DNA of 64,000 nt from Macrostomum lignano (taxonomy: Eukaryota): NCBI GenBank assembly GCA_002269645.1, contig NIVC01000197.1, positions 496,001-560,000 of the forward strand. The letters are read 5' to 3'. Of the stretch, positions 34,370-47,009 are shown one piece after another. Below the pieces are notes generated by a model, which had not been told where the DNA came from, ran no database searches, and saw only the letters and a list, made by a program, of their open reading frames with translations. How positions within the stretch are numbered: position 1 is the first letter of the stretch; each line of letters opens with the position of its first letter. The position numbers were made by a program, and so were the translations under genes.

Positions 34370-37300
34370 ATGGGTGCTGAAAATAGCACACCTGTACCTG
34401 GAGGTGGGACAGAAGGATATCATGTTCTTCGGGTACGCTATTCGTAATGTTACTCATTTTTTGACAATACTTTCTAGGAGAAATATTAGTTTATAAACTG
34501 TAAGCGTAATAAATATGTGATTCATTCTAAAATGTAAGTGAAATGCTAATGTGAACAAAATGGTATAAAAAGCATATATCTTTAGGCAAACAAAACCAAC
34601 AAAATATTATTCATCTCGTATTAGACAAGTCACAACTCACAATCACAAGTAAAACCAACATGAACATAGTTGCGCAACCAGGATCGAGGGCAGTCAGTCC
34701 CCCTTAGGCGAAGACCTAAAAAATAAAGGACACTTATTATCAAAGTTTTTGGCAGACTCTAGCACAATTGATAATATAGTAGACCAGATTTATAAACATG
34801 TTGGCCCCAAAATAATGCTTCTAATGTATTCTTAAAGATATAAATCAAATAGGTTGTCACTTGTCCATTATGCTATGCATTTGATAATATAGATTTGCCA
34901 ATATATTTAATTATTTTATATAAGTTAAGTAAAAGTACAATGATTACTATGGTGCAAGTCAATATAAAGTTTCTAAATACTATTTTTTTTAAATTATCTT
35001 GATGATTTCTTTGAATGTCTATTTAAATATATCTTAGGAAATCTATTTGGTTGTTAAGAATGTTCTTATAGTTTCTAGAACCTTCCTCCAAACTGAGTTT
35101 TTTTAATGTAAATAAGAAGCAAAGTAATTGCCATCCAAATTGATCACTGCTTGCTATTTTTCAGGTAGAATTTAGAAATAATATTATCAGTCTAGAATTT
35201 CTTAGGTTTTGAGGAAAAAATTATTAAGCTAGTTATTCAAGGCTTCTTCATCAATAAAATTTTTGCTTGTTAAGATATTGGTTAGGGCCAAGAATAGATA
35301 GTAGTTACTAGGCACCAGGGTAGAAGAATATAGGGAATAAGACATTAGTTCCTAGCCAAATCTTAGCAATGTGGGGCAGACATTATTTTGCAAGAATTGG
35401 ACCAAACCATGATTCAGTTGCTTCTATGCAATGGTAGTAGCTAATCTGTCTAGCCTTTGGACCTTTGTACTAGTTAGCTATAATTGATATGTTGGATGAC
35501 AGCAGCTCATAGACCATACTCAGGATAGTGGCCTGCACGCGGGAATTTTCCTGCGTGCACAAGCCACGCTAAAATTTTGGCGTGCAAAGTTGGCGTGCAA
35601 ATAGGGGTCTCAAGCCACGCCTAAATTTTCAGTGTACAAGTTTTTTACTTGGCGTGTAACCTTGGCGTGCAATTACAAACTGACAGTATATCAACAAGTC
35701 AGATATAGATGTATACACAATATATATACAATATATAAAGTTAAACGTGAACAATTCAATTTGAATATTGATTAAACAAACTAGTTGAGGCTACAGCCTA
35801 GCCTACAGCCAGGCCTACACTCTACAGCCTATATTAAAATTAAAATATCCAATAACTTTTAAATGCTCTTATTTTGTGACTCTTGTAGACTTAGTTTATT
35901 TGTTTCTTGAAATGTGAAGAAAAAGTTTTTGATACTCACTATGTTCTTTGTAGTGAATTTCCTTTTTTTATATAAACTTTGTTTAACGTAAGTAGAAAAT
36001 TTATTTAAAAATAGTATCTAATACGGTTAATATTCAAATTTTTACAATTTACTGTAGGGTAAACAGAGGGTGTAACCACTTTTGGCATATAGGATTTTGG
36101 TATACACAATTTTCAGCGTACATGATTTTTGGTATTCAAGATTTTTGGCATGCAACAGAAACGTCATGTTAAGGGTTTTAAAAAATTGGCGTACATTGGC
36201 GTGCACCAAGGATTTTTCCATAAATTGATTCCCGCGTGCACTTGCCACCTTCCTGACTATGGCTCATAGAGGATCACACCTTTATAGTCTTACCAAATGC
36301 ATAGCATGACCTTATAAAGGTGGAGTCTGGCCTTAGACTATGGCTTAGGGGTTGCATAAGAATTCACTTGACTGGCAATGCTTGATATTTATATGTAAAT
36401 ATAATTTTTATTGCCAAAACAATCAACTTTAGCCACTTATACATATGCCAATAGAAAAAAAAGATGTGGCCATCTCTGCCTTACATTTGTGGTCCCAATT
36501 GGACAATTCATGGGATACCCATTGAGTCAACTTGTGCACCTTGCCCAGTTGATGCAAGTGAATAGCAATTGTTTGATGTCTACCCTAAGGACTTGCACCA
36601 ACTTACAAGTAGTTTCTCAGATGTTAGCCTCAATAAGTGTGCACAGATAGTCATCATTCATGTCAGAAAGATATCCTAACCAGGGCAAATCTTTGAGGCT
36701 AAAATATCTTTGGCAAAAATGAGCAAACTAATCTTTGTAGTATGTTTAGACACTATACTGGCACCAAATGCACTGTTAATATAGTGGCTCAATTCAGTTG
36801 CTTTAATGCCAGATTTGAAGTTATAGAATAATAGGCCATTAATAAAGGGTTAATAGAGATCCATTTAGTTGATCTGGCTTCAAAAGCAACAATCATGAAA
36901 AGTAATCTCTTAAGATTGCACATACCCTCAATATATATCTACCCAGTAGGCTTCTAGAATGTTCCATAAAGTTTTTGGATCAAATTTTCTAGAAATTATG
37001 AGAATATTCTCAATAAATATATATAAAACTAATAAAAAGTAATATACAAATTATATAGAATATAGAAATAATAGATTAACTTATAAAAGCATTTCTACTT
37101 CAATTTTTATATATTTGCTTCAGCATTGCTTCTAATCCACAGATACTAAAATGACTAAATAGCTTTCTACTTTTAGTTCAATAGCAATGGAGAATATATA
37201 AGCTATTTTATAAAAATAAAGGCAGCTAAAATGACATTGATAAGTTTAGAAGCTCCTGAGCTTGCAAGCTAATTGGTTTAGCAGTAATGTACATTAGCCA

Positions 37301-40156
37301 GTCCACTGAAATGTACATGGCAACTTTAGGCTAGCATTCCAAGAAAGGCAATAAAATTTGAGGCAGGGTATGGAAGCAGTGTGGAAAGGTGCATTTGAGG
37401 GTTTTAGTTGGGGTAAGAGCCAATAAATGATTCTTATCTGTATAAATATATTAAAATTCTTCTGTTTAACTTACTACTGAACTGAAAGTAGCTTACACGA
37501 AAATGTTCTAAGTGGCCCATCTAGTTATTCTAGTAATCTATGTTCTAATCTATTAATAATCTAAATTATCTAGATCTAGGCCTAGATATGATAATTATCT
37601 TGTTTTTAATTGAAGCTCTAAATTAATGATTAGGCCTAATAATTATTTATTGTATAAGAAGAATGGCTAAAACTGAATTTATTTTAGATTTAGCCCACAC
37701 CACCCCAACCATACAAATTTTGTTAAATAAATTTGCAATTTGTATCAGGTACAAGAAAACTCGCCAGGTCACAAGGCAGGCCTAGAGGCATTCTTTGACT
37801 TCATCATTGCTATTGGAAATACACGATTAGTAAGTTAAGCTCTATGTGAATTGCCTGTTTAATAAGCAGCAAATAGTTTATTCAAAATTTATTAAATCAA
37901 ATGGCCTGTCTAAACCAAATTTCAGAATGAGGACAATGAGAACCTGAGAGACCTGCTAATCCAGCACAAGGACAAGCCTGTGCGCACTCTGGTGTACAGC
38001 AGCAAGACTCAGAGCTGTCGCGAGGTCACCCTGGTGCCGTGTGAAGGCTGGGGCGGCCAGGGCCTATTGGGTGTCAGTATTCGATTCTGCTCATTCGACG
38101 GGGCCAACGAGAACGTTTGGCACGTGATGGACGTGCAGCCGAATTCGCCTGCGGGTCTGGCTGGACTGCAGTCTGACACCGACTACATCATTGGGGCCGA
38201 CACTCTGTTGCAGGTCTGTTCTTTTTTGCCTTCTGCGGCACTGTCAGATCATTCTGTACTGACAGAGACACAGTCAAATTATTCTGTACTGACAGAGACA
38301 CAGTCAAATTATTCTGTACTGACAGAGGCACTGTCAGATCATTCTGTACTGACAGAGGCACTGTCAGATCATTCTGTACTGACAGAGACACTGTCAGATC
38401 ATTCTGTACTGACAGAGACACTGTCAGATCATTCTGTATTGACAGAGACACTGTCAAATCATTCTGTATTGACAGAGACACTGTCAAATCATTCTGTACT
38501 GACAGAGGCACTGTCAGATCATTCTGTACTGACAGAGACACTGTCAGATCATTCTGTACCGACAGAGACACTGTCATATCATTCTGTACTGACAGAGACA
38601 CTGTCAGATCATTCTGTACTGACAGAGACACTGTCAGATCATTATGTACTGACAGAGACACTGTCAGATCATTATGTACTGACAGAGACACTGTCAGATC
38701 ATTCTGTATTGACAGAGACACAGTCAAATCATTCTGTACTGACAGAGATACTGTCAGATCATTCTGTACTGACAGAGGCACTGTCAGATCCCTCTAGCTA
38801 ACAAAAAGTCAGGCTTAGGGGCACGTAGCCCAGTGGACTAGCGCTGCGCTCTGTTGTGCCAGCGGCCCAGGCTCGATTCCAAGTGCAGTCACATTGATTT
38901 TGGGCTAAATTGGAATTTTGGCTTGGCTCCGCTCGTGCAATTAACGCCCCTGAGAGCCAACTCCAAGGCACAGTGAAGTGTACATGCCTAACGATAAAAT
39001 AAAGTAAGGGGCGCTGTACACTCCTGTGTGAGTGTGCCTGTGCGTATGACTGCGTACGTATCCGCGCGTTTGTGTGACTGCTCAGAGGAGTCGGCGTAAT
39101 GGGCAGTAATGCCTCTCGCCGGTTGTGTGACAATGTCACTTAAACTGCCGCATACTGAGTCGGAATAGCTCTGGCAACCCTCCCGCAGGACTACGAGGAT
39201 CTGATCACACTAATCGAGGCCCACGATGGCAAGCCGCTGAAGCTGTACGTGTACAGCACTGTGTCGGACTCCTGCCGCGAGGTGACGATTACACCCAACT
39301 CTGTCTGGGGCGGCGAAGGCCTACTTGGCTGCGGCATCGGCTACGGCTATTTGCATCGGATCCCCACGAGGGAGCCGCCGGTAGATCAGCTGACTCCGTT
39401 GCCTAGCGACGTAATGCGCGCTCCGGCTAGCGACGGATTTACTGAGGTAGAAGTTCGAGTCTTCAACAATATACTTTTATTTGTACTTTTTAGGCTTTGT
39501 CAAACTGAATACTCCATCATTTCAACAGGTTTCTGTTAATTTTTTATTAGTGTATTAGTATATGTGGACTAGCCACCCCCCCACGGGGAAGAGATAAAAT
39601 TTTGAATTGCAGCAGTTTTAAAACCATCCAATTACCATTCCGATTTGGTCACCAGACTTGATTTGAAATATTTCAGGTGCCGCTCAGTTCAGCCGCCGCC
39701 ACGCCCAGTGCTGCCCCCGCCCCCGTGTCTTCACCGCTGCCTCCGCCGCCGCCGCCGCCTCCACAATCGATGCCGCCGCCCACCTATGCGGCTTCTCAAT
39801 CGCTGCCGTCACCGCCGCCTCCGCCGCCACCGGCGCCAGTTTCTGCGGCTTCTCCACTGCCGCCGCCGCCGCCTCCGCTGGTGCCGCCCGAGACTTCTAC
39901 TGCTTCTCCGGCGCCTCCGCCACCTCAGCAGCAGCAGCAGCAGCAGCCGGCAGATTTACACCTTCCACCAGTGAGCACAGAGCTCACTTTGCCCGGCATG
40001 CCGCCTGTGTCAGTTAACGTGCCGCCAATAGACCTGCCACCTCCGCCGCCGCCGCTGCCACCAGCCGCTTTGGCTGCGGATACTCAAGCAGCTGAGCAAC
40101 CACAGCAGCAGCAACAACAGTCGGAGTCTACGGAGAGCCCCGGCGTGGCGCCGTAA
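34370..40156 (+). CDS. GORASP: Golgi reassembly-stacking protein GRASP55/65; exons 34370-34432, 37749-37829, 37926-38213, 39189-39446, 39677-40156 (389 aa)
   Basis: Myristoylation-type MG start and [66 protein letters not shown], then a Pro-rich tail. All introns are GT-AG and in phase. Confidence 0.97.
35514..36262. mobile_element. 749-bp non-autonomous DNA transposon, CC...GG termini, 8-bp TSD, in GRASP intron 1
   Basis: Ends ccatactcaggatagtggcctgcacgcgggaat / attcccgcgtgcacttgccaccttcctgactatgg with TSD ctcataga (35506-35513, 36263-36270). Subterminal ttggcgtgca repeats. Confidence 0.85.
38237..38790. repeat. Intronic minisatellite, 30-bp unit gacagagacactgtcagatcattctgtact
   Basis: About 18 copies just after the GRASP exon 3 donor. 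Confidence 0.95.
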
Positions 40157-40469
40157 AGAGCTCCGATCGAGATAGCTGACTCGATCCTCAATTGGGAAGA
40201 AATTTTGACACCAGATTGTTATGTGCGCAGCCGCTTGTGTAATTCTTCATGCTATTAATATACAATATTGACGCCGTTTCTGTGCCTGTTAGCGTGTTTA
40301 ATTTTATTTCTCATTTTGCTAAACTGTTCCTCAGTTGCCCCGCTGCGAACGTTATCAGTGTCCACAAGCGTCGCCATTGGAGTTGGCTTTTCAATAAGAA
40401 AAGGGCGTAGTCGGTATTTTTTATTGAAAAGCCGCATCGTGAGGACGTCATCGTGGGGTGGCGTCATCG

Positions 40470-40610
40470 CCTGGAGGGGCACCATCGTGTGTGACGTCAT
40501 CACCTGGAGGGGCACCTTCGTGGGTGACGTCATCACCTGGAGGGGCACCATCGTAGGTGACGTCATCACCTGGAGGGGCACCATCGTAGGTGACGTCATC
40601 ATCTGGAGGG
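40470..40610. repeat. 33-bp minisatellite, each unit containing TGACGTCA
   Basis: TGACGTCA at 40492, 40525, 40558 and 40591. Confidence 0.9.
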
Positions 40611-42115
40611 ACGCGCTATCATGGGGGGCGCCATCGTTTTTGCCAGCCTATTGGATGGTGCGGCCCCCTTACTCCTCAACCAAGAGTAAGCCACCAAGGA
40701 ATTCATCGCAATGTCATGTATTTGAGTCTTTAAAAAGTGGCACGAGCCGCTCTTAAGTTGCCGCTTGTCACGGTTAACGCTTTCGCAGGGCTTGGCTCGC
40801 TCCCTCCCTTGCGGTTGCTGGATCTGATATTAACTATAGTGTATGCAAATTCTGTCTCATGAGATCCCCCCCATTTATGAACTTATCTGCAGAGCAATGC
40901 GGATCGGACTTCATTTTTTGTCTTTTTGAACAATTTTGTGATTTCTGACCTTACAATTTGATTTCTTCACATTACTACTTACAAACTAGTAGTAAAGATA
41001 GGTGAATTAGCACAGCATGCGAGTCAAATTTTCATTTTTTATATACTATTATTATTATTATTATATATTTAGGCGTGAGGTGACCACATTATTGTACTTG
41101 AGCAACTAAGCAATTTTAATTTTACCTACATTGTATGGTTATGTTAAAGTTTGTTAGATACTACTTACAAGTAGAACAGTTGCTGTTTAGCGTATACGGT
41201 AGCTTCTGATTTATTAGAAAGATTCGCAGACATTTTGGTTAAGTGATTTTCTTTTATCTGTGTTTCCCGACCATGCCTCTCGTGTGCGAAGTGCTTGATG
41301 ATTGCTGTTGGAAATCGAGGAATCAGCCAGTTTTTTTCTTGCGTGTCTGCATTGAAAATACACAGAATAGGCACAGTCAGTCTGCTGCTTCTGGCATCTT
41401 AGTGGTGCAGTTTAGCGTTTGGCTGCTGTTCTGCTGGGCTAGAATTCGTTGGAGCAGAACAGTTATGGACTCATTTAATAACTATCTTTACTTACTTTTG
41501 GCCATATTTCAATGTGGAACCAGAGAAGTCTAGAACTTCCACTTACTGGGGCCCGTACGAGTTAGCCCAGTAGTCATATTGATTTGGAACTAAATTAAAC
41601 ATGCCTAACTATAAATAGAGTTAGGGCCGCTGTACACTCCTGTATGAGTGAGTGCCTGTGCGTATGACTGCGTACGTATCTGCGCGCTTGTGTGCCTGCT
41701 CAGGGGAGTTGGCGGAATGGGCAGTGATGCCTTTTGCCGGTTGTGTGACAATGTCGCTTAAAGTGCAGTGCGCCAGGGTGCGCAGAGCCCCTGAGTCTGA
41801 TAAAATAGACCAAGAGTACGTTAGTAAGAGTAAGAGCAAAGTCTAAAAGTTCGTAGATAACTTACCGGAACAGTTTCAAGCTTGGCCAGGGATATCTTTT
41901 GAGTAGAACTATTAAGGGCTGAAAGAGTCACTCTGCGTAAGCTTCTTTAGTGGTCTCACTCCCTTATGAATATTACACTATTTCTGATGCGGCTACGAAT
42001 AAATATTGCAGGATACTCCTATCGACTTCAATAATCGTGCCGCTGGAGTTTCTGATAATCTATAGGAAGCGCCGCCGCCAAAAAAATAAATCTAAATTTG
42101 TACCAATATCATCAG

Positions 42116-42910
42116 AGCATTAATTTTACCGAAGCGTACAATGTGAGTCGCGATAGGCGGGGCCACTGTCTCATAATTAGCAATCGCCATTTTTTCAACA
42201 CCCAATTGCACTCGGTGCGAGTTGGAACTGAAATTGACTCCAGAAGTCTTCGATTGTTGTTCGAAGCATTTGGGTACATAGTGACGGTGAGGCAGGATCT
42301 CGAAGCTGACGAAATTCTGTCCGACTGCAGTCAGTTCCTTCAACAATCGGAGAGATATGACTCCTGCGTACTCTGCATTCTGTCGCACGGCGAAAAAGAC
42401 TGCATCATAGGCAGCGACAGCAGACAAGTCAAGGAGGCTGAAATTTTCAAGCTGTTCAGCTGCAAGCTGGCCGGCAAGCCCAAGTTGGTCATCATCCAGG
42501 CTTGCCGGGCCGCCAACAAGGAAAATACGCAACGGAATTACTTCTGCTGTGGCAGCAACACGCTAGATGTCGGAGGATCCAAGGGCCCGACTCCGGTGGA
42601 AGCTGATCAGTTCGTCAGGCTCCTGAAAAAGGTCAACGAAATAAACGAGATCAGCGTCCAGGAGGTGGCCACGGGCTGCGATGACATTCTGATAGCCCAC
42701 TCGGCGACACCTGGGCAGCTAAGCGTGAGAAACCAGAGTAAAGGGAGTTTGTTCATCCAGACATTGGTGTTGGTGTTTGAATCACGCTTCGAGACTGAGC
42801 ATGTGGCCGACATGCTGGTGGAGGTGAGGCGAATTGTTCGCGAGGCTTTCGGCAACCTTCAGACTCCGCACGCGATTAATCGCTTAAACAAAAAGTTCTA
42901 CTTCTTTTAA
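42116..42910 (+). CDS. Caspase catalytic domain (p20+p10) in one exon; start exon not located
   Basis: [47 protein letters not shown]...GSLFIQ.L and L.KKFYF. Acceptors at 42115 (phase 0) or 42065 (phase 1). Confidence 0.9.
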   Translation, partial: SINFTEAYNVSRDRRGHCLIISNRHFFNTQLHSVRVGTEIDSRSLRLLFEAFGYIVTVRQDLEADEILSDCSQFLQQSERYDSCVLCILSHGEKDCIIGSDSRQVKEAEIFKLFSCKLAGKPKLVIIQACRAANKENTQRNYFCCGSNTLDVGGSKGPTPVEADQFVRLLKKVNEINEISVQEVATGCDDILIAHSATPGQLSVRNQSKGSLFIQTLVLVFESRFETEHVADMLVEVRRIVREAFGNLQTPHAINRLNKKFYFF

Positions 42911-42921
42911 GTAGATTGCTT

Positions 42922-43108
42922 GTCTGTGTGTCTGTGGGTGTCTGTGTCTGTCTGTGGGTGTCTGTGTCTGTCTGTGGGTGTCTGTGGTTGTCTGTGTGTC
43001 TGTTTGTGGGTGTTTGTGTGTCTGTTTGTGAATGTCTGGGTGTCTGTGTGTCTGCGGGTGTCTGTGTGTCTGTTTGTGGGTGTCTGTGTGTCTGTCTGTG
43101 AATGTCTG
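42922..43108. repeat. Complex (GT/GTCT) microsatellite, left flank of the RTE
   Basis: Built from the words gtctgtgggt, gtctgtttgt and gtctgtgaat. Confidence 0.95.
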
Positions 43109-45536
43109 CGCCACGCGGGAACAACACCGAGGCATTGGAGGACTTCCTGGAGAGGCAGGACATGGTGTCGGCCAACACCCGCTTCCGCAAGCCACTGAGT
43201 GGTCTCGCAACCTTCGTAGGCTGCAGCGGAGGCGACGGAACGCGCGTGGCAGGAACGCAACCCGGAGACAAGCACAGCTCGACCACGTGCTCGTGCGTTT
43301 CCGTGAGCGTCGTCGCGCCGTCAACTGCCGCACCATCACGCTGCTGGCTCTGCGGTCCGATCTCCGGCTCCTCATCTGCGACCTCAACCTTCGCGATCCG
43401 CTCTACCGTCCGCCGAAACGGCCACCGCGGCGCTACTACCGCGCGCTCAGAGCCACCGATATGCAGCGTCGCTTTGCTAGCGCCTTTAACATCGCGCTGG
43501 GCGACAAGCGTGGAAGTGCGGAGTATGCGGAAGTGTTCGCTGCAGTCAGAACCGCCGCGGAGCAAGCAGTCCCGATGATGCAACCGGCTCAACGTGGGCA
43601 GCCGGTCTGGCAGGACGACCCCGCGATTCAGGCAGCTAGGGAAGATCTGGAGAGGCTCCGCTTGAGCAGGCGACCAACCCGCGAGGCAGAGGCAGCTCTG
43701 GCGGCTGTCTACCTGCAGCGCCAACAAGCGTCTGTCGATGACGCCATTCAGGCTGTCTCTGCCGCTGGGCCCGATGCCAGAGGGCGCGTGGCCTGGTCCG
43801 CCATCAACGCTCTGACGGGGCGAAAGCGGCGCAATCTGCTGAACCTGGCTGGTGACACTCCGGACGAGCGCAGGAACGAGCTGCGCGAGTTCTTCGCCGC
43901 CATCGTCAACGCGCCGCCACCCCCGCTGCCAGACAGTCTGACGCTGCCGCCGGAGACTCCGTTGCCGGCAGAGGAGAGTTTCAGCGTAGCCCCAGTCAAC
44001 GCAGCCGACGTTGTCAAGCTCGCCCAGCAGTCACCGGGCGGGAAAGCGCTGGGTCCGGACGAGGTGCCCATCGAGGCGCTGCGCATCCCCTGTGTGGCCG
44101 CTGAGGTCGCCAGAGTGATGAACCGCGTGCTCTTCGGTGAGGCGGCGCCCAATGAATGGACCACGGCGCACATCGTCGCTGTTCCAAAGAAGCCGGGCAC
44201 CACTAGGCTTGAAGACCATCGAGGCATCTGCCTTCAGTCCTGTGCAGCGAAGCTGTTCAACCGGATGCTGCTTTCGCGGTTGCAGCCCGTGCTGGATCCG
44301 TACCTGCGCCCAGAGCAGAACGGGTTCCGGCCCCATCGCGGCACAGTGGCGCAGATCCTGGCTCTTCGCCGAGTCATCGAGGAGGCGCGGATTCGCCAGT
44401 CGATCCTGATTCTAATCTTTATCGATTTCAAGAAGGCATTCGACTCGGTTGTCAGAGCCGTGCTTCCAATGGTGCTCCGCGCGTACAACGTGCCTAAGCA
44501 GCTGATCTCCGCCATCATGGCGATGTACCGTGATACGACAGCTGCTGTGACAACACCGGACGGCCTATCGGACTCCTTTGAGACATCCTCCGGAGTACTT
44601 CAGGGAGATACGCTGGCGCCGTTTCTGTTCGTTCTGGTGCTTGACTGGGTGCTGCGGACTGCTCTTCCTACCGACGACGACGGCTTTCTGCTGCGGCGAT
44701 GTGTGGGTCGACGTCAACCGGAGAAGCGGCTCAGCATGCTTGGCTACGCCGACGACCTCGCCCTGCTGTCCTCGACCGTCGAGGGCGCCCAACGGCAGCT
44801 GGACAGGCTAGTTGCCGTTGCGGCGAGCGTCGGCCTGGTGGTCAACACGCAGAAGACCGTCGTGCTATGCGTGCCGGACGACACCGAGGCTGCAATCTTC
44901 TGCCGAGGCGCTGACGGGCAGGCGACCGAGCTCCCGCGATGTCAGCAGTTCGTCTACCTCGACGGTCTGGTTCCAGACGCTCGCGAGGACCTGCGACGCC
45001 GCCGCGGGCTTGCCTGGGCTGCCTTTCGTTCTGTGAGGGCAGTCCTGCAGTCCGAGGCCCTACCGGACCGCCAGAGGGCGGCGCTGTTCCAGGCGCTAAT
45101 CGAGACCGTCCTGCTTTACAACGCCGAGACCTGGACGCTGACGGACTCACTCGAACAGCAAGTCGATGCGGCGCACGCTGGCCTGCTGCACGCCGCCTTC
45201 AACATCGGCGTCGAGCGAGTCAACAACGCGGCACTCTATCGCCGCGCTGGCCTGCCACGTCCAAGCGATCTACTGCGCCGTCGGCGACTCCAGCTCGCAG
45301 GCCATCTCATCCGCGCCGAGTCGTACTGCCCACAGCCGGTGCAGGAGGTGCTGCTGCTCACGCTGCAGGCACCCTACCGGCGAGGTCAAGCGCGAACTCG
45401 GCGTTACGTCGACTGTCTGCTGGCTGACGCCGGCGCCCCGGACACTGCCGGTGGCGCGGCCTTTGTTCGCGCCCAAACCATGAAGCGCGCCCTGTGACGC
45501 TGACTTTTGCCATCCTGACAGCGTATTTTGTTGTTG
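43109..45536 (+). mobile_element. 5'-truncated RTE-clade non-LTR retrotransposon (partial APE plus complete RT)
   Basis: APE C-terminus L..F....D.VSANTRF.K / LDHVLV / SD(L)RLL, with a 1-nt frameshift near 43225. RT motifs EQNGFR..RGT, IDFKKAFDSV, GVLQGDTLAPFLF and YADD. Very short 3' UTR ending in a TGTC-type repeat. Confidence 0.95.
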
Positions 45537-45865
45537 TGTTGTCTGTGTGTCTGTCTGTGGGTGTCTGTGTGTCTGTGGGTGTCTGTGTGTCTGTTTGTGG
45601 GTGTCTGTGGGTGTCTGTGTGTCTGTTTGTGGATGTCTGTGGGTGTCTGTGTGTCTGTTTGTGGATGTCTGTGGGTGTCTGTGTGTCTGTTTGTGGGTGT
45701 CTGTGGGTGTCTGTGTGTCTGTTTGTGGGTGTCTGTGGGTGTCTGTGTGTCTGTCTGTGAATGTCTGTGTGTCTGTCTGTGAATGTCTGTGTGTCTGTCT
45801 GTGAATGTCTGTGTGTCTGTCTGTGAATGTCTGTGTGTCTGTCTGTGGGTGTCTGTGTGTCTGTG
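45537..45865. repeat. Complex (GT/GTCT) microsatellite, right flank of the RTE
   Basis: Uses the same variant words as the left flank. Confidence 0.95.
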
Positions 45866-47009
45866 GTTTTCTGTGTATGTGTGTTTCATTTGCTAATTTA
45901 TTATATTCGCTTGTATTTTGAGTTGTTACGAATACACGGTCTGAGTCTGACAGAAAGTAGAATTGGTTAAGAGCCAAGAATACAGGAAAAAATGAGTTTA
46001 CACTCCGATTACTTTGGCTTACTCGTATTCACGATGCTACAGGTTAAATGACTAATACTTAAATAAATTTGCAGGCCCGCAATAGATGGGCATAAATTCA
46101 TAAATTCGTTTAATTTTAATAAATAGTTCAATATCGATATATCATCAGCTAGACTACTAAATTTCACATTTGACAAAAATGGAAGGTTTCTATAGTTACA
46201 TCAGCATAAGTTGGATATCTGCAATGTAATTTTAATATGATTAATCTTATTTAATTAGAAACAAAACTGAGTTAATTTCAATTATTAAAAATTCCGAATG
46301 ACGTTTTAGCTCGTAGTAAAAAAAACTGTTTTACTATTTGATATTGGAAATCCGGTTTAAAAATCGGTGAACGGGTTTTTAGGAAATGACCAGTTTTTTG
46401 AATTCCTGGTATCAGGTCGTTTGGCTGCTGCAGATAGACGATTTTGATGTGCAAGGCAGAACAATGCGGTTGAAGAAGCGACATACATGTAACATAGCAC
46501 AGAGGAAGCAAACACAGGTAACTCTGTACAGGCCATATTGAGTGCGGCAGAAGGAGAGCTAACCAAGAATAGAAGCCTTCGACTGTAGACAAGATCATTG
46601 ACGATGGTCAGTATTTGGCACCAACACTTCAGTGGAGCTGGAGATACACAAATTCCTCTCAGGAGTACAAAGGCAGAAGGCGACGTTTACCTAAACATGT
46701 CGCACAGATTTTCAGATATTTACTGGCTAGCCTGTCAGAGAGAGTGTCCCAGGAAAGCCGCAGCTAATATAGTTTCAACTCCCAGCTGCTCTGAGCTGCC
46801 TGGCAAATCCATACACCAGCTAAAAGTCAATTGACACAACCATGACTGATAAAAATGCTGGATATTCCTCTCTTCTTCTCTTCTCCAGAACTTACCGGGA
46901 GTTAAAAGTGGGTACTCCAATTATGCTACAGTCAGGGGCGTGGGCAGGGGGGCCACGGACCCCCAATTGGTAGGCTGGTAAAGCATATGGCGCCCCTTGC
47001 GTCAGCAGG

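Noticed and set aside
46585-46770. Short frame with KGRRRRLPKHVAQIFRYLL resembling a TALE homeodomain start
   Set aside because: No helix-3 WFxN motif, a stop follows soon after, and no supporting exon structure.
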